This document shows, piece by piece, positions 1-12,302 of a stretch of DNA of 64,000 bases. The stretch's first letter is position 1; each line of letters starts with the position of its first letter. This DNA is from Octopus sinensis (Eukaryota). A model generated the notes under the pieces. That model was not told the origin of the DNA. It was given only the letters and a program-made list of their open reading frames with translations, and ran no database searches. The translations under genes were made by a program, and so were the position numbers. Where the stretch lies: contig NC_043010.1 in the NCBI RefSeq assembly GCF_006345805.1, forward strand, positions 10,540,001 through 10,604,000, read 5' to 3'.

Positions 1-63
1 CATACATTCATACATACATACATACATACATACATTCATACATACATACATACATACATACAT
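1..63. repeat. (CATA)n microsatellite
   Basis: Direct reading. Confidence 0.95.
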
Positions 64-834
64 ATGCAGGAGGGTAGACAATTGAAAGAAAGGTGCACTC
101 AACACCTTTCGTTAAAGTTCTAAGTATTTGATAACTCAGCACCACATTACTCAAAGTTTCATGGTTACAGAACATGCTTGCATTTTTAAATGTACCAAGG
201 CCAGAGCAAAGGAAAACATTTAGAAATTGCTTTCTTGGCCAGTTCAAGTCAAGTGAATACTTTAGCAGGGCAGCAACAGCAATTTTTTTATTATAAGATC
301 TTCATGGGACAGCAGGCAGAAAGTTGACATCAAATAGTCAGTGTTATCTAGAATTTGGCAATTTCATATGTAACCTCATGATGAAATAATGGGCTTGGCA
401 ATTTCAGAGAACATATCAGTTTGTGCATCAAGCATTGTCATACAGTGTAAATATAGCTGGGTCACAGAGCGTCTATAATTTTATTCTGAGGTAATAATTT
501 TATTCTATGATCTTCCGTACAGTTTCCATCAACAAATTCCACTTATAATGAATTCCATCTGCTAATTCCACAAACAAAACTATTTCCTTGGATACTGAAA
601 TTCAATGACACTATGTAATTTCTGAACTCCTTGGACACAATGTCTTAACCTTGCCAAAATCACGAAAACTTGGTAATAAAACATGGAAACTACTTAGATC
701 ATTCTAGAAACAATACTATAGTAGTAAGAGAATAGTGAATCCTTACCAGCTGAACTATTGCTACAAATCTGAGAAAATATATATAAAAAGCTACTACGCC
801 TAGCTGTATTCATGAAAGAATCGTAAATGGAAGA

Positions 835-1229
835 TGATGGTTGATGAAAGCACTCCGTCGGTTACGACGATGAGAGTTCCGGTTGATCCGAATCAACGGA
901 ACAGCCTGCTCGTGAAATTAACGTGTAAGTGGCTGAGCACTCCACAGACACGTGCACCCTTAACGTAGTTCTCGGGGATATTCAGCGTGACACAGAGAGT
1001 GACAAGGCCGGCCCTTTGAAATACAGGTACTACAGAAACAGGAAGTAAGAGTGAGAGAAAGTTGTGGTGAAAGAGTACAGCAGGGATCACCACCATCCCC
1101 TGCTGGAGCCTCGTGGAGTTTTAGGTGTTTTCGCTCAATAAACACTCACAACGCCCGGTCTGGGAATCGAAACCGGGATCCTACGACCGCGAGTCCGCTG
1201 CCCTAACCACTGGGCCATTGCGCTTCCAC
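835..1229 (-). mobile_element. tRNA-derived SINE family A, tail type A1, full length
   Basis: Minus-strand head has A box TGGCCCAGTGG and B box GGTTTCGATTCC. 10-bp TSD AAATGGAAGA at 825-834 and 1230-1239. Near-identical to 6184-6564. Confidence 0.9.
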
Positions 1230-2037
1230 AAATGGAAGAAGAGGGGTACATATTATAGAGAAAGCCATAGGGCTCAGAACATCCTAGTGCTGCCCTGTTC
1301 ATAGTACAAAATTCCCTGATTGGAGACATCAGAAAAGAGACAAAGCAGGTAGCACTAACTGAGAAACAAGGGGGTAATGCAAGAGTTAAATTCAACCCAA
1401 TGGAAATGACTCGAATTCTTTAAATCACTAAATATATTTGCTACTCGTAAGTGGTATTGTGGGTAAGAAATAAATCTTTGTATCAGACAAACTTGCTAAG
1501 TTTATCATGTGCAGGTGTAAATAGAGATGGCACTTCGTGATAAATAAAGATTAAATTGATCTAATTGCTGTTTAATATAAACACAGAACAAATTTAAAAT
1601 ACTCTAAAACAAGTCATTTTTATATTTAGATTATATTATTTTTAACTGTTATTCCACCGAGGTCAACTTTGCCTTTTACACTTTTGGGGGTCATTAAAAT
1701 AAGTATCAGCTGAGCCCTGAGGTCGATGTAATCGACTTGACCCCTCACTGAAATTGCTGACCTTGTGCCAAATTTGAAACCAGTATTTCAAATTATTAAC
1801 TTCTATAGAGATGAAATATTAGTGTTATGTTTACAGATTGATAACTAACATGTGCAGGCATAGCTGAGTGGTTAAAAAGTTGGCTCTGCAACCATGGAAT
1901 TTTGGGTTTTGGTTCCCACTGCACAGCATCTTGGATAAATGTTTTCTAACCTTGTGAATGAATTTGGTAGAGGAAAACTGTGTGGATAGAAAAATATTAG
2001 CTTTATAAGCCTTAAAAATCACTCCATAATTGCCCAC

Positions 2038-2270
2038 GAGCATATGGCATAGTGGTTAAGAGCGCAGGCTACAAACCCCAAGATTCCGAGTTCGATTCCA
2101 AGCAGTGACCTGAACAATAATAATATCGAAAAATACTTTAGGAATGAGAACCCAGGTTCGAAATTTCCCCAAGACACCTGAAGAAGACCGGAGGGTATTT
2201 CTGCCAAAACATTATGTTAACAACAAACAAGATGAGGACAACTAACAAACGAATGTAAATAATGTACATA
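2038..2270 (+). mobile_element. tRNA-headed SINE-like element with a 3' hammerhead-like motif
   Basis: A box TGGCATAGTGG (2045-2055), B box GAGTTCGATTCC (2088-2099). GACAC-CTGAAGA...AAAAC-ATT-ATGTT at 2173-2218. The 3' part recurs inverted at about 36651-36770. Confidence 0.75.
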
Positions 2271-2516
2271 TCTTTAATTTTTCACCAGCTTACAGGACTA
2301 ATTGTAACATCAGTGCATGTTTAGGCACTGTTATTTTATTTATCACTGGCAGGAGGATGAATTACTGCTATCTCTAGCAGTTAGGTGTCCATCACTGACA
2401 ATATGAGAGCTTCTCTCATGGCATCTGCTGCAGTATTGTTTGTTCTAACAGACCATCCACATTTATGTGGGGATGAATTCTAACTCCTGGTAATTGATAA
2501 GAGTCTTATTATAATA

Positions 2517-3312
2517 CTAGCAGTATCGCCTGGCGTTGTTCGGGTTTGTAAGGGAAATAACTATATAAGCATTTTTAGAGATGTAAAGTATAATAGCCAT
2601 CTCAATATGGCTAACCACAAAGGGGGAGGGTTACTGTAGCTTTTTACGTTCTGAGATCTAATAATAAAATTTTAGAGAGTTACTTCCTTTATATATGCCA
2701 AAAATGCATTAAAAATGGGAAAAATTGACGGTAAATTTTTTTTTAAATCCTAGACTTATTGTAGATGTGCGCTAATACCCAGAAGGGCTCGATATGAATC
2801 ACGACTATAAGATACCCGGTTTTGGTTAAACTGCACCGCAAAATGTGGGAGTAGTTAGGAATCTAAATTGTAGGAGACAGACAGCACACAACCTTACTTT
2901 TATATATAAAGACTAGCAGTATCGCCCGGCGTTGCTTGGGTTTGTAAGGGAAATAACCATATAAGCATTTCTAGAGAGTTATAGCCAAAAAATAGCAAAA
3001 AAATGCATTAAAAGTGGAAAAAAATGATGATAAATTTTTTTTTAAATCGTTGACTCATCGTAGACATTTTTAGAGAGTTACTTCCCTTATATAATAGCGA
3101 GAAAAATGCATTAAAATGGAAAAAAATGATGGTAAATTTTTTTTAAATCGTAGACTCATCGTAGACGCGCGCTAATACCCAGAAGGGCTCGATATGAATC
3201 ACGACTATAAGATACCTGGTTTTGGTTAAACTGCACTGCAAAATGTGGGAGTAGTTAGGAATCTAAATCGTAGGAGACAGACAGCACACAACCTTACTTT
3301 TATATATAAAGA
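2517..3312 (-). mobile_element. Non-autonomous Helitron, head-to-tail dimer (396 + 400 bp)
   Basis: Each unit reads 5'-TCTTTATATATA...CCCG/AGCAACGC/CGGG-type hairpin...CTAG-3' on the minus strand. Inserted between A and T with no TSD; internal junction CTAG|TC at 2913/2912. Confidence 0.85.
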
Positions 3313-3538
3313 TTTAGCTTTGAAATAAAGTTTCCTAGTTTGAATTCAGTCTAATACAGTGAACAAATTCAGAGACCTAATTGTTGTGCTGACAAGAACA
3401 GAAAGACAGGGAAAACAACTTCAGGATTAGTTGCCCGGCTTTCTATGGACCTCTCCAGTAGAGACAAGTTATAAGAGGTGCTTGGAACTGACAGTGGAGA
3501 CCATATTAAAATGTGTTGAAAATTCAGAAGCTTCAATA

Positions 3539-3956
3539 GGCGCAGGAGTGGCTGTGTGGTAAGTAGCTTGCTTATCAACCACATGGTTCCGGGTTCAGTC
3601 CCACTGCGCGGGCATCTTGGGCAAGTGTCTTCTGCTATAGCCCCGGGCTGACCAATGCCTTGTGAGTGGATTTGGTAGACGGAAACTGAAAGAAGCCTCT
3701 CGTATATATGTATATATATATGTGTGTATGTGTGTGTGTTTGTGTGTGTGTGTTTGTCTCCCTAGCATTGCTTGACAACCGATGCTGGTGTGTTTACGTC
3801 CCCGTTACTTAGCGGTTTGGCAAAAGACACCGATAGAATAAGTACTGGGCTTACAAAAGAATAAGTCCCTGGGTCGATTTGCTCGACTAAAGGCAGTGCT
3901 CCAGCATGGCCGCAGTCAAATGACTGAAACAAGTAAAAACGTAAAAGAGTAAAGAG
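3539..3956 (+). mobile_element. SINE family B (GGCGCAGGAGTGGCTGTGTGG head, internal (TA)n(TG)n, (AAAGAGT)n-like tail), full length
   Basis: Degenerate A/B boxes, TTGGGCAAGTGTCTT CORE-like segment; about 20 copies or fragments in the window. Confidence 0.85.
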
Positions 3957-4111
3957 ATCCTTGCAATTAAACTCATTGAAGAATAAAACACTAATGAGCA
4001 ACAGAGATCAAAGTGATAGAAATATAAGTCTTGGTGTAAATATTTAAAGGAAAAAACATCTTTGAATCTAAGTATGATGTTAATTATAAAAAGTCCTAAA
4101 AATTATACACA

Positions 4112-4745
4112 CATCATCATCATCATCATCATCATCGTTTAACGTCCGCCTTCCATGCTAGCATGGGTTGGACGGTTCATCTGGGGTCTGGGGAGCCCGA
4201 AGGCTGCACCAGGCCAGTCAGATCTGGCAGTGTTTCTACAGCTGGATGCCCTTCCTAACGCCAACTACTCCAAGAGTGTAGTAGGTGATTTTATGTGTCA
4301 CCAACACAGGTGCCAGACGAGGCTGGCGAACGGCTACGCTCGGATGGTGTTTTTTATGTGCCACCGACACAGGTGCCAGACGAGGCTGGCGAACGGCCAC
4401 GCTCGGATGGTGTTTTTTATGTGCCACCGACACAGGTGCCAGACGAGGCTGGCAGACGGCCACGCTCGGATTGTGTTTTTTATGTGCCACCGACACAGGT
4501 GCCAGACGAGGCTGGCAGACGGCCACGCTCGGATGGTGTTTTTTATGTGCCACCGATACAGGTGCCAGACGAGGCTGGCGAACGGCCACGATCGGATGGT
4601 GTTTGTTACGTGCCCACAGCACGGAGGCCAGTCAATGCGGTACTGGCTACGCCCATGTTCGGGTAGTTTTCTTATGTGCCACCGGCACTGGTACCACAAA
4701 GATACAAATTCCATTGATGCTCATCTATTTTGATTTGATTTACAC
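4112..4745 (-). mobile_element. Non-autonomous retroelement family C with (GAT)n tail and expanded internal 63-bp repeat
   Basis: Minus-strand 3' end ...CCATGCTAGCATGG...GGACGTTAAACGATGATGAT; TTAGGAAGGGCATCCAGCTGTAGAAA motif shared with 6 other copies. Confidence 0.8.
4293..4607. repeat. 63-bp minisatellite, 5 copies
   Basis: ATGTGCCACC starts at 4293, 4356, 4419, 4482, 4545, then degenerate at 4608. Confidence 0.95.
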
Positions 4746-5499
4746 AAATGTAAATAAACTCCAAGAAGATGAGGTCAGCAGTTACAAAACTTTTGCTCAA
4801 CTATTTGAAACAATGTCAGTCTGGTCTTTCTGGGCCTGTACTACATCATGATGTTCAACAAGGAAATTATATAATTATTTTGGCAAGGAATAATAATTAT
4901 ATCATTTAGTTTTTTCTTGGAAGACATGAACATCGTGACATTTTATTTTCCTTCAATAAATTAAATCATGCCATTGTAAGAAATTGGTTATCATGAAAGT
5001 TCAGCACTCAAATTATTTTTCTTTCACTCTTTCATTTGTTTGTTTACTTTTTTTTTTTTTTTTTTTTTTAGAATTCTAAGATTTTTTTTTTCTTGTATTA
5101 TTATTATTATTATCTCTTCACATTTCCACATGGCTTCCAATATTTTTTTTTTTTTTTTTGAAATTCCCATTATTTTTATGAAAGATGTGGGTTTTAAGAT
5201 TTGATTTCAGAGTCAGGAAGTTCAGATTACAGATGGTAAGAAAAGAATTTTGAATGCATGGAAAAACTTCTGTTTCTTCTCTCAAATAGTCAACTGAATA
5301 TGACTAAGTGTAAATTCAAGACAGTTACATTAAGACAAATAAACAAATATTCAGTACTGACATATGAATAAAATCGATATTTAAAGCAGGAATGTGTAAA
5401 CAAAGTTATTGAACTGGAATCACTATTCATACACATTCTTAAACATTATTCCTCCGACTCTTATTCACTCACACACTCTGTCTCTTTCCCTCTCTCTCC

Positions 5500-5870
5500 A
5501 CACACACACACACCATGTATTACACACACACGCACATTATATATTACACACACACACACCATATATTACACACATGCATGTATACACGCACACTCAAATA
5601 CACATGTATACTGTTCTCTACACCATGTATTACACACACACACCATGTATTACACACACACACACACCATGTATTACACACACACACCATGTATTACACA
5701 CACACGCACTATATATATTACACACACACACACCATATATTACACACACACACACACCATGTATTACACACACACGCACTATATATTACACACACACACC
5801 ATATATTACACACACACACATGCATGTATACACACACACTCAAATACACATGTATACTGTTCTCTACACA
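5500..5870. repeat. Compound (CA)n-based minisatellite (CACACACACCATGTATTA-type units)
   Basis: Direct reading; explains the His/Thr/Tyr ORFs. Confidence 0.9.
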
Positions 5871-6183
5871 TCTATAGTTACAATAACCAGTAACATTGTC
5901 AATGTTGCATCCCAGAATCTCAGAGCGTGTTTTAAGTTTCACAACATACATCCTCATGTATCACATAACATACATCTTCTTGTCATACATCATACATCAT
6001 ACATCTTCACTTACCCTATGAAGATCAATCCAAATCTTGTGCCTAAATGGCACTCAACTCACCCAGCCACTCACTGCTTTTTAGCCAGAGACATCTACAT
6101 GCTTTCTCAGTAACCTCCCTCCACATGGCTCTTGACGGCTTTTTTATTTTTTTTATTCATTTCTGCAATACTCAGGACTCTGT

Positions 6184-6564
6184 GGAGGCGCAATGGCCCA
6201 GTGGTTAGGGCAGTGGACTCGCGGTCATAGGATCATGGTTTCGATTCCCAGACCGGGCGTTGTGAGTGTTTATTGAGCGAAAACACCTAAAGCTCCACGA
6301 GGCTCCAGCAGGGGATGGTGGTGATCCCTGCTGTATTCTTTCACCACAACTTTCTCTCACTCTTACTTCCTGTTTCTGTTGTACCTGTATTTCAAAGGGC
6401 TGGCCTTGTCACTCTCTGTGTCACGCTGAATATCCCCAAGAACTACGTTAAGGGTACACATGACTGTGGAGTGCTCAGCCACTTACACGTTAATTTCACG
6501 AGCAGGCTGTTCCGTTGATTCGGATCAACCGGAACCCTCATCCTCGTAACCGGCGGAGTGCTTC
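6184..6564 (+). mobile_element. tRNA-derived SINE family A, tail A1, full length
   Basis: 14-bp TSD ACTCAGGACTCTGT at 6170-6183 and 6565-6578; A/B boxes. Confidence 0.92.
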
Positions 6565-6831
6565 ACTCAGGACTCTGTAGGCCTTACTAAAAAGAACAAG
6601 CTTTAATTCTGTGGCTAACTACTTTAGCTAGAATGTGAGCTGCCCTGGGCAGCCCTTCAGTTTTCTGTTCCTGGGCCCCTCACAAAAAATACGTATTGCC
6701 CGCAGCAAACCCAATAGTGGGGCTGCCCCTATAAAAGTGCCACTCAGGTCAGACTGTCCCCTTCACCATCCTCTAACTAGGGTAGTGCTTTGGCTACCAA
6801 CTTTATTGACAAACACATGGTTGTGTATATA

Positions 6832-7244
6832 TACTCATTACTCTTTTACTCTTTTACTTATTTCAGTCATTTGACTGCGGCCATGCTGGAGCACCGCCTT
6901 TTGTCGAGCAACTCGACCCCAGGACTTATTCTTTTGTAAGCCCAGTACTTATTCTATCAGTCTCTTTTGCCGAACCGCTAAGTAACGGGGACATAAACAC
7001 ACCAGCATCGGTTGTCAAGCAATGCTAGGGGAACAAACACAGACACACAAACACACACATGCATATATATATATATACATATATACAATGGGCTTCTTTC
7101 AGTTTCCGTCTACCAAATCCACTCAAAAGACTTTGGTCGGCCCGAGGCTATAGTAGAAGACACTTGCCCAAGGTGCCACACAGTGGGACTGAACCCGGAA
7201 CCATGTGGTTGGTAAACAAGCTATTTACCACACAGCCATGCACC
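6832..7244 (-). mobile_element. SINE family B
   Basis: Reverse complement of 3539-3956. Confidence 0.85.
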
Positions 7245-7246
7245 CT

Positions 7247-7541
7247 TTTCAAGCCTAGCCAGTCTCATGGGCCCGGTTTCCCAGTTTCTGTGGTGTATGT
7301 GTTCCCCCCAGCTGGACGGGAGGCCAGTCCATTGCAGCGTTACTCAAGAAGCAGGAAGAAAGAGTGAGAAAAAGTTGGAGTCGAAAGAGTACAACAGGGG
7401 TTGCGACCACCCCTTGCTGGAGCCTTATGGATCTTTAGGTGTTTTTGCTCAGTAAACACGCACAACGCCTGGTCTGAGAATCAAAACCACGATCCTCCGA
7501 CCACAAGTCCGCTGCCCTAACCACTGGGCAATTGTGCCCCC
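7247..7541 (-). mobile_element. SINE family A, tail A3 (V-domain-like), degraded
   Basis: Same head as A1; 3' part reads GCTGCAATGGACTGGCCTCCCGTCCAG..., matching 56787-57095. Confidence 0.7.
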
Positions 7542-7543
7542 AA

Positions 7544-7574
<31 letters not shown>

Positions 7575-8094
7575 ATAATATATATATATATATATACAAT
7601 GGGCTTCTTTCAGTTTCTGTCTACCAGTCTACTAAATCCACTCGCAAGGCTTTGGTCAACCCAAGGCTACAGTAGAAGACCCTCACATAAGGTGCCTGTA
7701 CCACAGTGAGGATAAGCCTAGAACCACGTGGTTGGGAAGAAAACTTATTAACACACAGACACACCTGTGTCTATATTATTGAGAAAATGAAAAAAAAAAA
7801 CAAAAAAAACAAGACAAATGGAACTTTATGAAAACCTTCTTGATAATTTCCTCTGTATCAAGTTATAGACACTCACTTGTCATTCTTGCCATCAGGAATG
7901 TAATGCACTAGAAATTGGTCTGCAGACAACCTCTAAGCAATGATGATGCTGTTCACTAGCTTCAATATAGAAGTGGTAAATAATAAATGAGAAAGTGACT
8001 CTGTAGCATCTGTTCCTTTCTAAGCTGGTAAAAATAATAAATATGAAAAACATTGAACAAGTACCAAAGATATCTAAGCAACAGTCATATAACA

Positions 8095-8216
<122 letters not shown>

Positions 8217-8406
8217 TACCACATTTGTTTGCAAGTGGGTAACCCTCTGTTTTCAATTTCTGGGTTCATAGAATTATGCTCAAGGTGGCTTTGTCATTCA
8301 TACGTAGCAAGGATGGCACGTATGAATGACGAAGCCACCTTGAGCATAATCCTATGAACCCAGAAATTGAAAACAGAGGGTTACCCACTTGCAAACAAAT
8401 GTGGTA
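8217..8406. mobile_element. Palindromic MITE, TA-flanked (Tc1/mariner-type by TSD)
   Basis: 89-bp arms 8217-8305 and 8318-8406, 2 mismatches, 12-nt loop; TA|CCACATTTG...CAAATGTGG|TA. Confidence 0.8.
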
Positions 8407-8756
8407 ACATATAACAATATTGACCGAGGTTACCATGGTCTTTTTCGTAGGCATTTCTTCCCACAGATAAAACTTATCTGCTTCCCCCTTTACACCATAC
8501 ATCATGACACTGTGATACACGATCCCTATTGATCGTTTTTTTTTCCTCTTCCCCTTTTTTCCTCTTTTTTCCTCTTTTTTTCTTTTTCTTTTCTTTTGTT
8601 TCTTTTCCTTTTTTTTCTTTTTTTTTCTTTTCCCTTTTACGATCCCTTTTGATCGAAAACCTACGCCACCTTTTTTTTTTTTCATCCCCCAAAAGAAAAG
8701 CTCTACCTTGTAATTTTCCCCATCTGTGTGCAGCCCTGTGTGGCCAATAAAGAAAC

Positions 8757-8793
<37 letters not shown>

Positions 8794-9070
8794 ATCGTCA
8801 TTTTGATGTTTGCTTGGATCAGACAGAATTCATTGACATAGATTTTAGTTGGCCAGATGCCCTTCCAGTTACCAAAATTAATATCGTTCCATAACCAGAC
8901 ATTGTATTTGTAAAAGATAGAAATGAGGGATGCTCACACACATACAAGTGTGTACACACATACATTGTATGTTTATGGATGAACACACACTTACTTTCAT
9001 AGTCCATTTTCAACTATTTCAAAGAAGTAATGGGAGCTTCTCCTATGCATTCAAAACACACATTCACATA

Positions 9071-9491
9071 GGCGCAGGAGTGGCTGTGTGGTAAGTAGCT
9101 TGCTTACCAACCACATGGTTCCAGGTTCAGTCCCACAGCGTGGCATCTTGGGCAAGTGTCTTCTGCTATAGCCCCGGGCCGACCAATGCCTTGTGAGTGG
9201 ATTTGGTAGACAGAAACTGAAAGAAGCCTGTCATATATATGTATATATATATATATATACATGTATGTGTGTATGTGTTTGTGTGTTTGCCCTCCTAGCA
9301 TTGCTTGACAACCGATGCTGGTGTGTTTACGTCCCCGTTACTTAGCGATTCGGCAAAAGAGACTGATAGAATAAGTACTGGGCTTACAAAAGAATAAGTC
9401 CCGGGGTCGAGTTACTTGATTAAAGGCGGTGCTCCAGCATGGCCGCAGTCAAATGACTGAAACAAGTAAAAGAGTAAAAGAGTAAAAGAGT
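9071..9491 (+). mobile_element. SINE family B, full length
   Basis: Matches 3539-3956. Confidence 0.85.
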
Positions 9492-9683
9492 ATATGAACC
9501 AACAATGATTTGAACAACAAATGTCCCCCACAACAGCTTCAGAATAATATATCAAATGTAGCAACTTTCCAACATGGAGATTACAAAGGTATCTCCTGTA
9601 TGGAACAAAAAACTCACTAAATAACAGCAGAGAAACAAAGAAAGAAAGCAATAAAAACACATCACATCTTACTCTATAATATA

Positions 9684-9805
9684 TATTTCTTTACTACCCA
9701 CAAGGAGCTAAACACAGAGGGGACAAACAAGGACAGGCAAACGGATTAAGTCGGTTAGATCGACCCCAGTGCATAACTGGTACTTAATTTCGGGGTCGAT
9801 AAATA
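9684..9805 (-). mobile_element. SINE family D, 3' fragment
   Basis: Reverse complement of the ...GTCCCCTCTGTGTTTAGC...GTAGTAAAGAAATA tail. Confidence 0.75.
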
Positions 9806-9997
9806 TATTACTTCTCTTGTAATTTTATGTTATATCTATGTATGTATTTATGTATTTTTCATAGATATAAATGATTATCTAAATCTTTGTCTCTTCTTAT
9901 ACCAAGTTATATAATATAAATAATATATAGATATATGCATAAAAACATGCATATATGTACATTCCTACATATATATGTACATATATACATACATATA

Positions 9998-10968
9998 GGC
10001 GCATGGCTCAGTGGTTAGAGCGTCGAGCTTACGATCGTGAGGTTGTGAGCTCGAATCCCGGACCGGGCTGCGTGTTGTGTTCTTGAGCAAGGCACTTTAT
10101 TTTCACGTTGCTCCAGTTCACTCATCTGTAGAAATGAGTTGCGACGTCACAGGTGCCAAGCTGTATCGGCCCCTTTGCCTTTCCCTTGGACAACACTGGT
10201 GGCGTGGAGAGGGGAGGCCGGTATGCATGGGCGACTGCTGGTCTTCCATAAACAACCTTGCCCGGACTTGTGCCTGGGAGGGTAACTTTCTAGGTGCAAA
10301 CCCATACATACACACACGCACGCACACACATACACGTGTATAAATGTACACGTATGTGTGTGTGTGTGTATGTATATATACATATGCACCCACATATGTA
10401 TATATATATATATACGTCTATGTATGCATATATGTATGTATGTATACACACACATACACGTGTATATATGTACACGTATGTGTGTGTATGTATATATACA
10501 TATACACTCACATATGTATATATATATATATATATACGTCTGAATGTATGCATATATGTATGTATACACACACATACACGTGTATATATGTACACGTATG
10601 TGTGTGTATGTATATATACATATACACTCACATATGTATATATATATATATATATTACGTCTGAATGTATGCATATATGTATGTATCCCGGACCGGGCTG
10701 CATGTTGTGTTCTTGAGCAAGACACTTTATTTCACATTGCTTCAGTTCACTCAGCTGTAGAAATGAGTTGCGACGTCACAGGTGCCAAGCTGTATCGGCC
10801 CCTTTGCCTTTCCCTTGGACAACACTGGTGGCGTGGAGAGGGGAGGCCGGTATGCATGGGCGACTGCTGGTCTTCCATAAACAACCTTGCCCGGACTTGT
10901 GTCTAGGAGGGTAACTTTCTAGGTGCAAACCCATGGTCATTCATGACCGAAGGGGGTCTTTACCCTTT
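9998..10968 (+). mobile_element. tRNA(Arg, ACG-like)-headed CORE-type SINE family E with duplicated body
   Basis: GGCGCATGGCTCAGTGG A box, CTTACGA loop, AGCTCGAATCC B box, TTCTTGAGCAAGGCACTTT CORE-like segment. Body 10055-10305 is repeated at 10685-10935. Confidence 0.8.
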
Positions 10969-11519
10969 ATACATACATATATTAAAAAAACGGGGACATC
11001 AAAAAAACGTGGACACAATGAGAAACAAGAACATAAAAACAAAAACATAGAAAACGAGCTATTTTTTCGAACAACAAACAAACAGAGAAACAGAGAAACG
11101 AGACATGCAACATAAAGAACATTCCCTTCCTCAGTTGTCCCCTGTTTTATCTACTCCATGTTTCAAAGGTAAGGACAAGACACGACTTTGTTAAAACAGG
11201 CCTTCCCGCAAAGCAAATTAAATAAAATTTGGGATTTTTTTTGCAGAGGGTGAAAGTAGCAATAAATACAGGACAGTAAGAACAAAACAGTAAAAACAAA
11301 CGGTGAGGGCTGTTAAGCCAAGACAATGTGAAGTGCTCAACGCTGGAAAAACGTGCTTTGAGAAGAGACAGATAAAGGCAATGACTTTGGAAATATGCTG
11401 TGCTTGAGAAGACCCAGTAAGCCAAGTGTGACCATAACCTCGTAGCCTATGCCAGGGGTGTGTCCAGCCCACTTATGCGTACCTTTCCTTCATTGGACAT
11501 TAAAACCTGTTGAGGCAAG

Positions 11520-12010
11520 TGAAATCCTGTTGAGGCAAGTGAAATCGAAATTAAATTCGATGACTGACATCCGTGCTAGTGAAGCGCTAAGAGCACCATC
11601 CGACTGTGATCATTGCCAGAGCAGCTAACTGGCTTCCATGCTGGTGGCACATAAAAATCCCCATTCGAATGTGATCGTTACCAGCGTCGCTTTACTGGCA
11701 CTTGTGCTGGTGGTACATGAAAAAACATTCGAACGGGGTCGTTGCCAGTGCTGCTGGATTGGCTCCTGTGCAGGTGACACGTAAAAAACACCATTTGAGT
11801 GTGGCCGTTGCCAGTACCACCTGATGGCACGTAAAAGCACCCATTACACTCTCAGAGTGGTTGGTTTTAGGAAGGGCATCCAGCTGTAGAATCACTGCCA
11901 GATCAGATTGGAGCCTAGTGCAGCCATCTGGTTCGCCAGTCCTTGGTCAAATCATCCAATCCATGCTAGCATGGAAAGCGGACGTTAAACGAGGCTAATG
12001 ATGATGATAA
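11520..12010 (+). mobile_element. Family C element, long copy (may extend 5' to about 11390)
   Basis: Same 3' end as the other C copies; diverged internal GGTGGCAC-TAAAA repeats. Confidence 0.75.
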
Positions 12011-12214
12011 GCACTCAGCTCAACTGATGATCACTACGAACAGATGAAAGAGCCATTTGAACTTTGGGCATTATTGAATTCTTTTTTTTTTACTGTTTAA
12101 CACACTTCATTGTAAAAAAGGTTTTTCAAAATACAATAATAGAAAACCTGAAAACCAGACCATGTTGTAACTTTATTAAACTGATATAGTATTCTATACA
12201 CATTTACACAAAAT

Positions 12215-12271
12215 TGGAATATATATATAATACATATATATATTGTAGGTAATATATATATATTATATATA

Positions 12272-12302
<31 letters not shown>

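Noticed and set aside
4155-4851. Overlapping 120-190 aa ORFs with Cys/His repeats
   Set aside because: Produced by a 63-bp (multiple of 3) GC-rich repeat open on both strands inside a non-coding retroelement.
6184-6260. tRNA-like sequences (also 2038, 9998, 27911, 58980)
   Set aside because: A/B boxes are present but the acceptor and anticodon stems are broken and run into SINE bodies with TSDs; these are not tRNA genes.
11125-11175. Minus-strand GAAAC...CTGAGGA (permuted, type II-like hammerhead order)
   Set aside because: Stem II is weak, there is no valid NUH triplet and no convincing stem I.
12019-12060. CTGATGA...GAAA motif
   Set aside because: No credible stem II or stem III.
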